From Octopus sinensis (lineage: Eukaryota): 64,000 nt of DNA. Of the stretch, positions 27,261 to 41,245 are shown piece after piece. The position numbers and the translations under genes were made by a program. The DNA lies in contig NC_043012.1 of assembly GCF_006345805.1 (NCBI RefSeq), positions 53,320,001-53,384,000 on the forward strand, given 5' to 3'. The notes under the pieces are model-generated. The model worked only from the letters and a program-made list of their open reading frames with translations. It was not told where the DNA came from and ran no database searches. The first letter of the stretch is position 1. Each line of letters starts with the position of its first letter.

Positions 27261-27754
27261 CGTTATGTCAGCACTGAATGATTCTGGTATGTAACTATTA
27301 TATCAGTCTACGACCAGCGGGAGTGTTTCCTGTCCATTTTACTAGCTTCTTTTTCATTGGTGAAAGCATTTAAAATCGGTTACTTTCTCAAATCTCACTT
27401 GTTACACATTTCAATACCGGATCCTTGAGGTTTTCGTCCGACTATATTACAGTGACTATCATTTACTATAGTAAACAACATGTAAATATATACTATATTA
27501 ATTATTATCGTAATATGTATGTATGTGAGTTTACATAATGTTAACATTGTACGTAGCAAAAAAATAATGTTTGTCTCGAAATTGTGTAGGAGGATATTGT
27601 CGATTAAATCGAATCCGCTCCTTGATAGGATCACATTTTATCGACCTCACCCACCGGAAGGTGCGGTCGACCTCAATAGGGTTTGAACATGAAATCTAAA
27701 GTTGTTTAAATGTGACAAAACTCTACCGAACGTGAATAATAATAATGATATGGA

Positions 27755-28984
27755 TAGTAATGGTTTTAGATTTTGCCACAAGGGCGACCATTTGTTGGGG
27801 GTGGGGATGAGTCGATTATATCGACCCCAGTATGCAACTGGTACTTAATATATCGACCCCGAAAGGAGGAAAGCCAAAGTCGACCTCGGCGGAATTTGAA
27901 CTCAGAACGCTGCGACGGGCGAAATACCTATTTCTTTATTACACACCAGGGGCTAAACACAGAGAGGACGAACAAGGACAGACAAACGGATTAAATCGAT
28001 TATATCGACCCCAGTGCGTAACTGGTACTTATTTAATCGACCCCGAAAGGATGAAAGGCAAAGTCGACCTCAGTGGAATTTGAACTCAGAACGTAGCGAC
28101 GGGCGAAATATCTGTTTCTTTATTACCCTCAAGGGGCTAAACATAGAGGGGACAAACAAGGACAGACAAACGAACTAAGTCGATTACATCGACCCCAGTG
28201 CGTAACTGGTACTTAATTTATCGACTCCGAATGGATGAAAGGCAAAGTCGACCTCAGCGGAATTTGAACTCAGAACGTAGCGACGGGCGAAATATCGCTA
28301 AGCATTTCACTCGGTGTACTAACGATTCTGCCAAATTTCTACTATAGGTACGAGCCTGAAATTTCGGGAGAGGGGACTAGTCGTTTATATTGGTCCCCGC
28401 GTTCAACTATGATAGTATTTAATCTATCGACTCCTAAATTGTGAAAGCATTAGAACTTAGACTCTAAAGACGGTCGAAATACAGTTAAGCATTTTGTATG
28501 GCGTGCTAATGATTTTGTCAGCTCGCTGCTTTAATAATAGTTTCAAATTTTGATGCAAGGTGAAAAATCTCGGAGGAGAGATAAAGGGATTACAGCGACG
28601 CGAGTACTACCCGGGTATTTAGTTTATCGACGCCGAATGAATGAAATGCAGAGTCAACCTCCAAGGAATGTATACTCAAAATGTGAAGACGGACAAAATG
28701 TTGCTAAGCATTTAGTCCGTCACGCTAACGATTCTACCAGCTCACTGCCTTCACAGCCTTAGTAATAATAATAGTTTCAAATTTTGCCACGAGGGCAGCC
28801 ATTTTGGGGAAAGGGATGAGTCGATTACATTGACCCCACTGTTTCGCTGGTACTTAATATATCGACCCCGAAAGGAAGAAAGGCAAAGTCGACCTCGGCA
28901 GAATTTGAACTCAGAACGTATCGACGGGCGAAATACTGCTAAGCATTTCGTCCAGCGTGCTAACGATTCCGTCAGCTCGCCACC

Positions 28985-28986
<2 letters not shown>
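27755..28986 (-). mobile_element. SINE family A cluster (trimer plus about 3 further copies) upstream of ITIH exon 1
   Basis: Repeated cores; fixed junctions at about 27927 and 28110. Confidence 0.88.
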
Positions 28987-29045
<59 letters not shown>

Positions 29046-29058
29046 TAATAATAATAAT

Positions 29059-30074
29059 ACCCAAACTGAACAACCCGAGGGAAGTACGGCAACTATTGTT
29101 GCAAAGGTGAAAATAATGGCAACGAAAAAAGTGCACGAGCAATTGGCTGATAGGTGGGAGGAAAAACCTCTGCACGGCAATTATGTGGCCCGTAGCAAAC
29201 AAGCTGATGTTGACCAGAAGCAAACCTATCAGTGGCTACGGAGCTCAGGTTTCATCCTGGCTGCTCAAGATCAAAGCCTATTAACCCGGAACTACCAGGC
29301 CAATGTGATGAAAAATGGAGCAGACCCAAAATGCCGATTCTGCAACGACATGATTGAAACAGTGGACCACCTAATCTCTGGGTGTAAAGTCTTAGCACCA
29401 GTGGAGTATAAATTAAGACATGACAGAGTTGGCCAATATCTACACTGGCTAATAAGTCGGCATTACAATATCAAAACTGCCGACAAGTGGTATAATCACC
29501 ACCCTGAAGCTGTAACTGAAGGAGAAAATGTAACGATTCTGTGGGACTTTCCAGTACATACAGACCGAACCATCAAAGCCAATAAACCGGATATTGTTGT
29601 GAAAGACCAAAACAATAAAGTTTGCTTATTGATCGACATGAGCATCCCCTGTGATCATAATATCTCAGCGAAAGAGTTTGACAAGCTCAGAAAATATAAA
29701 GACCTACACATTGAAATTGAGAAAATGTGGCATCTCAAGGCGGTTACAATACCAGTGATCGTAAGAGCACTAGGAATGATCAAGAAGGGAACCGAAAATT
29801 ATATGAGAATGATCCCTGGCTTACCATCCCTGCAAGAAGTGCAAAAGATTGTCTTAACTGGTACATCACACATATTGAGAAGAGCATTGCGATGTGAGAA
29901 CTATTACTACCCATGTATTTTAATTTAACTTAAAAAATTTTTTTTTAAATGAACGAACTAGTGAGTTTAGTTTAATGGCCTACCAATGTATACTATGAGT
30001 TTCTTTGACCTAGGAGTCGGGAAGACACTCGGCAAGAAATGGAAGCAAATTTGAAAGAAGAAGAAAATCCCATA
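29059..30074 (+). mobile_element. 5'-truncated R4/Dong-clade non-LTR retrotransposon (CCHC + restriction-like endonuclease, 3' UTR)
   Basis: ORF 28957-29928 has WEEKPLHG, CRFC...ETVDHLISGC, RHDRV, KPDIVV, LIDMSIP, KLRKYKDL and IPVIVRALG. (AAT)n lies on both sides. Confidence 0.92.
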
Positions 30075-30130
30075 AATAATAATAATAATAATGATAATAA
30101 TAATAATAATAATATAATAATAATAATAAT

Positions 30131-30183
<53 letters not shown>

Positions 30184-30184
30184 T

Positions 30185-30365
30185 CCTTTCTTCTATAGGC
30201 ACAAGGTCTGAAATTTAGAAGAAGGGGTTGAGTAGATTACATCTACCCCAGTGCTTAACTGGTGCTTAATTTATCGACCCGAAAGGATGAAAGGCAAAGT
30301 CGAACTCAGAATGTAGCATCGAGAGAATTATAGCTAAGCATTTTCCCCGACGTGCAGACGATTTT
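30185..30365 (-). mobile_element. SINE family A, short-tail copy between R4 elements
   Basis: Core GACCCGAAAGGATGAAAGGCAAAGTCGA. Confidence 0.8.
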
Positions 30366-30388
30366 GCCAGCCCATTGCTTTGATAATA

Positions 30389-30420
<32 letters not shown>

Positions 30421-30433
30421 AATGATGATGATG

Positions 30434-30480
<47 letters not shown>

Positions 30481-30481
<1 letters not shown>

Positions 30482-33225
30482 TAAAAGATTCTATGAATAA
30501 ATGGCAGACAGTGCTACAGCTCCAGACAACAGAGGGACTCATAAAAATCAAAGCCATCCCCATTTGAAGAGCAATACTCAAGAGAGATACGCTCTCACTA
30601 CTTCTTTTTTCCTTGACACTGGCACTCTTAACTGACATGCTAAACAGAACTGGATGTGGACACAATCAGCCATCTCTTGTATACGGATTACCTAAAACTG
30701 TAGGGTAAAATTAATAAACAGCTGGATATATTATTATAGAGAGTACATGATTTACCAAAGAAATAAACATGAAATTTGGCTTAGAAAAATTTGCGAAAGC
30801 AACACTGAAAAGAGAAAAACTAGTTAAGAGTAGCAACATCACACTAGATAATGCAAATGAAATAAGAGAATAAGGTCAAAGCAAGACATACAAATACCGA
30901 TTAATATTAATAATTAAAACAGCGCTCAATGCGAAAACAAAATAATAGGCATGAACACTCTAGCCGTCCCAGTCATAAGTTACAGCTACGGTATCCTTAA
31001 CTAGACTCTAAATGAACTAATTTAAATAGACAGGGAAGCAAGAAAAATAATGACAGGATTTAAGATGCATCAGCCAAAATCTGACATAGAAATGCTATAT
31101 ATACAACGTATCGAAGGTGGTAGAGGTCTTATACAGCTTATACAGAAGCTGGAAAACTATTACAAAATAACCACCATAGGACTACTGAAAAACCTACTTC
31201 AGAAGCAAGAAAAACTAATAGAAATAGCCACAAAATGCGAACAAAACAAAAAACTGTTTACAGACTTTTGAGAAGCTGATAAAAGAAGTTATAGTACCTA
31301 ACAACTATGAAGAGAAGGGCGAAACAACAAAAGAAGTAAAACAACTGAAATCCAAACTAAAACTGAAACAGTGACGGATTCATGATAAAACGATGGCAAA
31401 TATTGGGTTAAAGTAAACAGAAAAGAAATAGACAAAGCAAAATTCCAACGATGGCTGAGAAGCTTAGGACTCAATGCAGAAACTGAAGGATTTTTAATTG
31501 TAGCACAAGATGAAAGCCTTCCTACCAGAAATCACCAAAAGCATCTAATAAAAATATATTCGGATCTAGTTAGTTTCATTCGCGAAATGAGCCCCCTTTA
31601 ATTTTGCTCAGATTGCTTTCAATTTTGGTGTGTCGATGCAACTCTGAATTTTAATAACGATCAACCAATTACTTTATATTGCAAATTAAAGGATTTGATA
31701 TTATTTGGAATTAATTTGGGAAATTTGGGTGATTTTAGCTAAACAACAGACAGCGTAGCATTAACATGTTGTTACCATGATAACCACACGCTGTGTTGTG
31801 TTTCACTTCACCAGCGTCTGTGCCGCACGTTGTTCCGTGTTGATTCCTTTCACCCGCGTGTTTTGTTCTAATTTTTCTGAGTGTTAGTATATTAGATATT
31901 TTTCTGTGCTTCTGCATGTTAGTATTTTCACATATTTTTCATTTCATATATTTTGGGGGCAAATTCTTTGTTGACCAGTGTAATTTTTATCGTAGTTTAC
32001 AAACCCAATCATGAAAACGTTACTCAACTTTGGAATTTTGCAGACAGCCGTCCCCTTTTCACACACACACACACACACAGAGGCACACATACAAGCACTT
32101 ATATATTAATGATGTACACAAATATATGACAGGTATACATAATACTGAAATACACATAAAGTAAACATATACAGACAAATATATTTATATAACAAATTTT
32201 AAAATGTAATAAAAACATACAATCAATGAAAAGACAAAAGAAACAGTAAGAAGGTACATGTCGATTTTATTAGGTACTTCTGTTTATTTAGAAACCTACA
32301 AAGAAGACGCTAAACTATAAATTTCACAGGGTTCAACCTTAAAGTTGACACCACTCCGCTAAACGCAGAAAATTTTTATCTCGCTATTGGCTAAAAAAAT
32401 ACAGTTTTTTTTTTTTTTTTTTAAACCTCTGAAAAATTTTCCTCCAATTTTTTTCTCTACATCATACCTTAATAGAAATAAGACTGAAAACTACATTATT
32501 ATAGCCGAATTTCAGATTTTTTACTTCCTTTTAAAAAAATGCATATTTTGTGAATCAGTCTAACTAGATCCAGAGATACAAGTAACTGCATGGAGATGGA
32601 GAAGAAACAATAAATCATATTTTCTCTGGCTACCCAGTCCTGGCTTTGAAGGAATATATTTACAGACACGGCAGAGTTGGAATCTATATACACTGGAAGT
32701 TATACCAACGCTATGGAATAGCACCAGAAAAATATGGTATAGGAACACACCAGAAAAGGTCACAGAAAATGAGAAAACAACCATACTCTGGGATATGCCA
32801 ATACACACAGATAGAGAAATTCAGGCCGGATATAGTTGTCAGAGATCATCAAGAAAAAACGCTTTCTAATCGATGTATCAGTACCAACAGATGACAATGT
32901 TTCACTAAAAGAAACGGAGAAACTTTCAAAATACAAAGATCTGTAAATAGAGGTAACTCGAATGTAGACCCTAAAAACAGAAACAATTCCTATCATAGTA
33001 GGCGCATTAGGTGTGATAAAAAACATTCAGAAAAATATATGATAAAAACACCAGTGTATATAACATACAGAAAATAGCACTACTAGGCACCGCACACATA
33101 CTACGTAAAACACTTTCAGTACAGTGAAAATAAGAGCACAACAACAAACCACAGTACATACTCAACGCAAACAGAGCTTCGCTCGGTAGTGTAGTGAAAG
33201 CAGGTGGTAAAAATATGACTCCTGA
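30481..33225 (+). mobile_element. Decayed R4/Dong element (RT fragment to 3' end) interrupted by a MITE
   Basis: Degenerate RT (KRDTLSLLLF), YIQRIEGGRGL, ETINHIFSG..LALKEYIYRHGRVGIYIHW, RPDIVVRD and IPIIVGALG, with frameshifts and stops. (AAT)n flanks. Confidence 0.85.
31562..32571. mobile_element. Non-autonomous TIR element (unclassified) inserted in R4 copy
   Basis: Perfect 12-bp TIR GGATCTAGTTAG / CTAACTAGATCC, imperfect to about 27 bp. It splits R4 coding sequence, which resumes on both sides. No clear TSD. Confidence 0.7.
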
Positions 33226-33264
33226 ATAATAATAATAATAATATCAATAATAATAATAATAATG

Positions 33265-33328
<64 letters not shown>

Positions 33329-33329
<1 letters not shown>

Positions 33330-34070
33330 TTAGCCAAAGAACTGAAGAGAAGAGAAAAGAAGACCTTCTTGAAATGAGAATGCATGGACAGTGTGAAAGG
33401 AACTCTCAGGGCGTTAATGATAATACAGCATCGTTGTCATGTCTTGAGCGAGGTGATTTGAAGCGTACCACTGAGGGCCTTATCATTGCTGCACAAGACC
33501 AGGCTCTCGCTACCAAGTAAGTGAAGTATAATATCTATAAACCTTCAGATACCCAGAAATGCAAGCTCTCTGGAAAGAGCGTGGAAAATTTGACCTATAT
33601 GGTAAGTGGATGTGAGAGCCTTGCGCAAAAAGAATACAAACGCCGCCACGATAAAGTGAGTGTGTACCTGCATTGCTTCTTATGCCGTAAGTACCAATAC
33701 GAACTAACGGAAAATTGGTATGAACATGTGCCAAATGAATTTATGCAGGAGGATGGAAAAGTAACGATACTCTGGGACTATGATTTTCAGGCGGATCTGG
33801 TAATCGAACACCGTCGGCCGTATGGGATACGAGAGGGTAACGTAAATGTGATACCAGTAGTGATCGGAGCGTTGGGCTCAATCCCATTGAAACTTCAAGA
33901 CTTCTTAAGGCAACTGGAAATCCTATGCAACATTCATATCTTGCAAAAAGCAGCTTTATTCGGCACAGCACACATCTTAAGGAAAGTATTATCTGTTTGA
34001 GGTCCTTATTGTGACTTGACAGATAACTAAAAACTTCGGTGCATTTTTACCTACACTGTGTCACGAAGGA
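33329..34070 (+). mobile_element. 5'-truncated, internally deleted R4/Dong fragment
   Basis: ORF 33521-34000 has CKLSGKSVENLTYMVSGC, EYKRRHDKV, ILWDYDFQAD, VIPVVIGALG and LQKAALFGTAHILRKVL. (AAT)/(AAC)n flanks. Confidence 0.88.
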
Positions 34071-34088
34071 ATAATAATGATAATAATG

Positions 34089-34169
<81 letters not shown>

Positions 34170-34719
34170 GAAAATTTAAAACTTTAATATCTAAAATTTT
34201 CTGTGAAAAGTTTACTCTTCTTTTTTCGCTGACTACTCGAATATGTAAATAAACTTTTTATTGCAACAAATTAAACGCACACTAAAGATTAAGGAGATAA
34301 GCACCTGCCAATATATACAAACTGCACAATTAGGAAAATTGTAAACCACAGCAAAACATAAAAGAAGAAAAGGAAAATTCAAAAATCCAAAGAAATCCCA
34401 ACCCAAAATGTCCAAACATTCAAGTTCAACGATGTAAACATCAGTATATATATATATATACTCTCGCCTCCCCCACCCCCAACAACATCACACCACACCA
34501 CACTACACCATACAACATTACACATCACAACATACCATCCACACACCCATCCCCACATTTTCACACCTATACATACATACACGCCACGTCCAGATCACCA
34601 GCCCTCTTTCACACGCACATACATAGTCTCTTATACACACATGCACCTTCGTGTTGGGGGTCATCTTTACCTTGTTATCTCCCCTACTTTCCTTCTCATG
34701 TTTGACTCTTCTGTCCGGC

Positions 34720-34922
34720 ACTAGTCGCCATGATAGATCGTTAGCCACTAAGCACATTTTTTTTTCTCTCCTTATTTCTCTCCTTGTTTTTTCTGTGTCT
34801 CTTTCTGTAGAAGAGCGTAGGCTCGAAACGTAAAAGACTTTTTCTATTCCTGAGCGTTATACTAATACATCTGTTTGTTTTGTGCACCCACTGTCTTCGT
34901 CTTTTGTTTTTTCGTAAACTCT

Positions 34923-34926
<4 letters not shown>
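34720..34926 (+). mobile_element. CUGUNGA hammerhead family, copy 3
   Basis: TCTTT-CTGTAGA-A-GAGC gtag GCTC-GAAA-CGT-A-AAAGA at 34800-34837; ends in (TA)n. Confidence 0.75.
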
Positions 34927-34990
<64 letters not shown>

Positions 34991-35789
34991 ATACATTATT
35001 ATGTTTTCTATCATTAATGAAAAACAGAAAAAGTTGAAGTGGCTCTTTCCAAGGCCATGGTCAGCGCTCTCATTGATCGCTAGTAGTAGTAAATACATTT
35101 GTCCTCTGCTGACCGCAAGGGTATGACGCTTCTTTTGTACCCTGATCGCACAGGAATGCGAAGTTCCTTTGTTGATATCCTTCTCACCATCTGCCCAACC
35201 TGTTTACAGACCTGTGGAATTTGGTCTATTTATCAAGCTGCTTCTTTTTCTTCTACTATCTCCTCCAACCCTCATTCAATAACATTAATACGACAATTTG
35301 TTTTTTGTATATATCTGACGTGTGTGTCACGCTAAAGCGAACGACATTTATGAAAGAAATTTTATTACTTAAATAAATTTTTTTAACTCGATCTATTATA
35401 ATTTCTGGAAGTGATTTGAAACCACTACCTACTTCTCAAGACCCATGCCTACTGGGCCACCAAATCAGCGATGATCTCAATGAGAAAATTAAGATACTTA
35501 TATCTGACGCGTGTGTCGAGCAAGGGACAGATGAAGTGAGAGAGAAAGAGAGAGGCTAGAGGGAGTGGATGAGAGATATTTGAATTCCTTTCTACGATTG
35601 AACAGAAATTGACCCCTAGCTTTTAAAGGCCCATCCATCATTCTATGTTTTCCCTTTTTTAATACTAACAAGAGAATAGTATGAGAGAGATTTGGCTGTT
35701 ATTTCTAGCAAATTAAATAACCACACAGAGTTGTTCAATTGGCTCGTTTGTTGATGTATATAAATAAACAAAAACTAAAAGACACACAC

Positions 35790-35985
35790 ACATATGTATG
35801 TATGTATGTGTGTATGTATGTATGTATGTATGTATGTATGTATGTATGTATGTATGTATGTATGTATGCATGTATGTATGTATGTATGCATGTATGTATT
35901 TAAGTATGTATGTATGTATGTATGTATGTATGTATGTATGTATGCTTGCATGTATGTATGAATGTACGTACGTATGTATGAGTGT
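35790..35985. repeat. (TATG)n microsatellite
   Basis: Seen directly. Confidence 0.95.
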
Positions 35986-36364
35986 GTGTACGATAACAAG
36001 TGTCGCGAGGTGGAAATAAACGCAACTTTCTCTTTTCACCTGTTTTTTTTTTTGTTCAGTTACAATTTCTCTGTTTTGGTCAGGACTTTTCCAATTTCTT
36101 TTTACTTGTATCAATTGACGAAAGCTTCTAAAAATATTAAATTCATAGAACTGAACAAAATCAAAAGTATTTTACTTTTAACTTTTTACTTGCCTACAAT
36201 ATAATTGATCAGAGATGCACATTTCGTCAACCACTAATGGACATGCTCAACTGGTTAAGGTTAAACAACTGACAAGCTAATCTGTGGTATTGAGCAGAAT
36301 ATTTGCTGTAGCCCATCTTTTATTATCACCATTATTGTTGTTTTTGTTGTTGTTGTGGCTATTG

Positions 36365-37500
36365 TTATTCTGAAAGACTCTTGGATAGTCCTTAATTCCT
36401 GGTTATTCTTTACTTGAAAGCAGGCAATAACAAATCACCAGATGTTTCAAGTAGTGCCTTCTCCTCTGACTCAAAGAGATAATACTCTCCTTAGAATTCG
36501 AGCTGTACCCAACAATGCTGTCATTTGGATCACCCCGAACCTGACAGTAGCTCCAATATTCTTAATATGTATTTCAAAGCCCTTGGAAACGGCTCCTAAT
36601 GCTCCAGTTACCACCGGTATCACCATTACTTTCCTCATGCCCCATAACATTCCTATTTTGTCATGCAGTGGCTGGTATTTCTCAATCGTTTCTGTTTCCT
36701 TACATTTCAACCTCGAATCGCCTGGTATTGCAACATCTATTATCTTTACTTCTTTTTCATCTTTATGGATGAGTACAATATCTGGTCGTCTCGCTTTTAT
36801 GTTAAAATCCCAGACTGTTTTGTAATGTTCGTTTTCCATTACTCCCTCTGGCTTGTGTTCACGCCATTGTTCAGCCCTTGCGAGGTTTACTTTACCGCAC
36901 AACAGCCAGTGGACATAGCTGGCCATATTGTCGTGTATTCTTTTGCATTCACGTTGTGCAAACTTACAGCACTCACTAACAATATGGCTTATACTTTCTC
37001 CCATCTCAGAGCACATCCTACCCTATGGCGAGTCAGTGCTTTTATCAATGTGATATTTGGAGTGGTTTGTTCTGAGAGTTTGCTCTTGAGCAATGCCTCA
37101 GTGGGCCCTTTTAAGTCTCCTTTCTGCAATCATTGCCAGGTTCTATTCCAATCAATCTTATCTTTATTCTTCAAGAACTGACTGTGCATTTTCTTGTCCT
37201 GCGAAATTTTCTTCGTCTGCACTCTCTGGTCTTTCTTAAATTGTGTTGAATCTACGGCTTCGTTCGCTTTTAAGATTCCATGCATTATTCAATGCTTGAA
37301 TCCTTTCTTATTTACGCCCCTTGACATACCAAGCCAGGTTATTCTCCTCTTCCCTTCACAACAAACCAATCCCCGTCCTCCTTTCCTCTTCACCTACAGT
37401 CTTGACACATCACCCTCGAGGTGTAGTTCCTTGTTCCTTGTCATTAATTTAAGTATTCTCCGATCTATCGCTTGTAATTCATGCTTCTTTCAAGATACTA
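36365..37500 (-). mobile_element. 5'-truncated R4/Dong fragment
   Basis: ORF 36471-37016 has ESISHIVSECC, RIHDNMA, RRPDIVLI, IIDVAIP, KYQPL and IPVVTGALG. (ATT)n/(CTT)n at about 37513-37616. Confidence 0.9.
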
Positions 37501-37526
37501 TTCCTGTCCCATATCTTCTTCTTCTT

Positions 37527-37616
<90 letters not shown>

Positions 37617-38105
37617 TGGCTGTGTGGTAAGTAACTTGCTTACCAACCACGTTTTTCCGGGTTCATTCCCACTGCGTGGCACCTTGGGCAAATCTCTTCT
37701 ACTATAGCCTCAGGCCGACCAAAGCCTTGAGTGGATTTGGTAGACAGAAACTGAAAGAAGCCAGTCGTATATATATATATATATAAAATATTATTTGAGA
37801 CAAAACCACTATTTTGCAAAACAAACAAGGAAAGACTTAATCAATACATAAAATTTAATAAATAGTCAAAAAATACGTATATATATATATACGTATGTGT
37901 GTGTATATGTTGTGTGTCTGTATTTGTCCCCCAACATCGCTTGACAACCGATGCTGGTGTGTTCACGCCCCCGTAACTTAGCGGATCGGCAAAAGAGACC
38001 GATAGAATAAATACTAGACTTACAAAGAATGTCCTGGGGCCGATTTCCTCGACTAAAGGTGGTGCTCCAGCATGGTCAGTCTGAAACAAGTAAAAGAGTA
38101 TTATT
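37617..38105 (+). mobile_element. SINE family B
   Basis: Full length with an expanded internal region. Confidence 0.88.
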
Positions 38106-38431
38106 ATCATTATTAGATATTCTGCTTCTTTGGACTGACTTGTTTCATATATATTTTTAACGGATTTCCACCCCATTTCATTTTTTTGTCAGCCACGCCA
38201 TATCTTTGCTTCAGACTGTTGGATCTTCTGTCAACCTCGACGATAACCATACGTTATTTGATTAGTTAAATTGGCACTTAGGAATGAACTGTAGATGGCT
38301 CAGTATTCCTAAAGATCCTGCAATCTTTCACGTAAAGATCTAGCTAAATCCGCGAGTAGCACAGTGACAAGGCACTAAATTTAAATTACAGATACAAATC
38401 CAGTTTAAGAAAGAGTGAGAGAGTGAGAGAC

Positions 38432-38472
<41 letters not shown>

Positions 38473-38759
38473 AAAGGACACAGAGAGTGGGGGTGGAGAA
38501 ATCGACAAAAGGATGATACAATATTGATCTATCCGAACAGGATGATGGATAATATTAATCTTGGCAGGTTTTGAATTAAGAACACAGAGGCCCGAAATGA
38601 ATAACGTAAGACGTTAGCTATTGCTGTATCGATCCTTTACCAGAACATGTTTTGTTGAAGACAATGTCATACTATGTAGTAAATAACTATGAAGTAAACA
38701 AAAGTATTCTAAACAAGTGAGAAAGACACCTTCCACAAAGCTGACATGACATATTTTTC

Positions 38760-39039
38760 TATATTTTATCTTATATTTGTTTCAGTGATTTTACTGCGGC
38801 CTTACTGTAGAGTTTTAGTCAAACTAACTGCTTCACAGGAGTTGTTTTTTAAACCTAGTACTATCGATGCCGTTTGCCTAATCGTTAACTTATGGGGACC
38901 TAAATACACCAATACCGGTTGTCAAACGATGGTGTGGGACAAACACCGACACAAAGACACACACACGCACACACGCACGCACACACGTACACACACACAC
39001 AAACACACACTCACACACACACACATACATATATATATA

Positions 39040-39081
<42 letters not shown>

Positions 39082-39240
39082 CATAACAAGCTTCTTCCAC
39101 TTTCTGTCTACCAAATCCACAAACAAGGCTTTGGTCAGCCCGTGGCTGTAGTAGAAAATACACGCCCAGAGTGCCATGCAGTGGGACTGAACCAGGATCC
39201 ATGTAGTTGGGAAGCAATCCTTTTACCACACAGCGACGTC
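38760..39240 (-). mobile_element. SINE family B, diverged
   Basis: Both halves around (CA)/(TA)n. Confidence 0.8.
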
Positions 39241-40819
39241 TGCGCTTTATTGGTACTAAATATTCCTATGCTTAAACCTAATAGTTATTTTCAGGTTGAT
39301 GTCATTTTAAATATTTATATATAAATCTTTGTATCTGTATACATTATAATATCTAGATCTCGCATTCTACATCTCAGATTTTACACTACTTCATGGCCCT
39401 ATGCATTCAAGGTTCACTGTGTTATAGGACCTGCAGTGAAGTACTTGTAAGCTTCTACATCGAATTTTAAGCTACTTTAAAGATCTACCTGTATATAGTC
39501 TCAAGTAACCTCTGCAGGTCTTCAATATTTTGCGGGGTTATAACGGCCTTTGGTATCTTGGTGCCGTCGGTATATTTAGTAAATTTAGCTGCGAGAATAC
39601 GTTTGTATTATTAGAAATAATAATAGTTCCAAAACAGTTCCCGTGACGTTTCGTTCTGGATTAGTCATCATTATGCTATAGCATTGTAATCTGCTACAAC
39701 TGGGTTTCAGACTATCAAAACTTCATTTAATCGCTCTTTTTATTTCTCTTGTTTTCCACTTGTAGCCTGGGACGCTTTACTCCATGATCGCCTTTGTCAA
39801 AATATTATGCGAAGCCTATAATTGCCTGTTTGAGTAGCCAATGTAAGGATTAGTCGTGATGCTACTGCAACTGTGTAAGACAATTTATGAGGGAAACAGT
39901 GTTTTGTATCCTTTGATAAATGATTTACATAACAGCTGTCCGAGGCATTGCATGATGAAGATAATCATTTCATCATAATTTAAGCTGGATTAGAAATTTG
40001 AAATTCAAAGCAGATTGTCGGATGCTCATAACCAACCTAGGTTGTAGATAATCACCCGTATGAGGGCTGTTATCCTTAATCATTACTATATTTATAAATG
40101 CTCGGTGACCAATCATCGGAGATTAATAGCTTCTCATCCCTCTTTATGACCACGAAGAGATTACATAGCAATAACTATTTAAATCAAACTAAAGTTAGAA
40201 CTTAGAACTCAGCTTTAATGATACAATATATTTACATCTCACACGTTAGGCGGTTCATGTTTAAGAAACAGACAATTATATATATATATACACTAGATTT
40301 TAAAGTTCAGTTGTGAAATTTCAAGATGTAGATAAACCGCATTAGTTTTTTCACACATAGAAAAGTCTCCTTCATTATTTTGTGTCCAAAAAAAATAAAA
40401 GTTTGTACTTACATCTGTTAATTTCCCACAGCGAAGACTTTAAAACATGAATCTTATTAATCATAAATATATTTTAAATATATTTTAAGAACCTATTACA
40501 CGCTCAATTGTAGATAAATATCTATTAATCAAAGCCGCAGGGTTGGCAAAATTGTTAGAGCTTCAGTGAAAAATTATTCTGTATTTGTTTAGGTTTCTTA
40601 CGTTTTTATGTTCAAATGCCTGCAAAATCAACTTTGCCTTTCGTCTTTATTATTGTTAGCAGTTAACCTCCATGTGTTACTGGTTATATTGTTTGCCAGC
40701 ACTGTAGCGGCACATCTAAACGTGTGAATAAATATGAAGATACGTACGCTAATGTGTAAGTATCGGGCAGGAGCATACCTAGAATAATGGCCATAGTTAC
40801 TAACAGAGATATCTGTGAT

Positions 40820-41245
40820 AAAGGCGGCGAGCTGGCAGAAACGTGAGCACGCCGGGCGAAAGGCATAGCGGTATTTCGTCTGCCGCTACGTTCTGAGTTC
40901 AAATTCTGCCGAGGTCGACTTTGCCTTTCATCATATCGGAGTCGATTAAATAAGTACTAGTTACACACTGGGGTCGATATAATCTACTTAATCCGTTTGT
41001 CTGTCCTTGTTTGTCTCCTCTGTGTGTAGCCCCATTTGGGTAGTAAAGAAATAGGTATTTCGTCTGCCGCTACGTTCTGAGTTCAAATTCCGCCGCGGTT
41101 GACTTTGCCTTTCATCATTTTGGAGTCGATTAAATAAGTAGCAGTTACGCACTGGGGTCGATATAATCGACTTAATCCGTTTGTCTGTCCTTTTTTGTCC
41201 CCTCTGTGTGTAGCCCCTTGCGGGCAATAAAGAAATAAGAAATAA
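40820..41245 (+). mobile_element. SINE family A dimer inside one TSD
   Basis: Flanks AGATATCTGTGA (40807-40818) / AGATATCTGGGA (41249-41260); junction at about 41055. Confidence 0.9.

Noticed and set aside
34170-34330. Possible decayed Penelope GIY-YIG C-terminus upstream of hammerhead copy 3
   Set aside because: Only faint motif resemblance (CEKFTLL, EISTC) across frameshifts; not supportable without a profile search.
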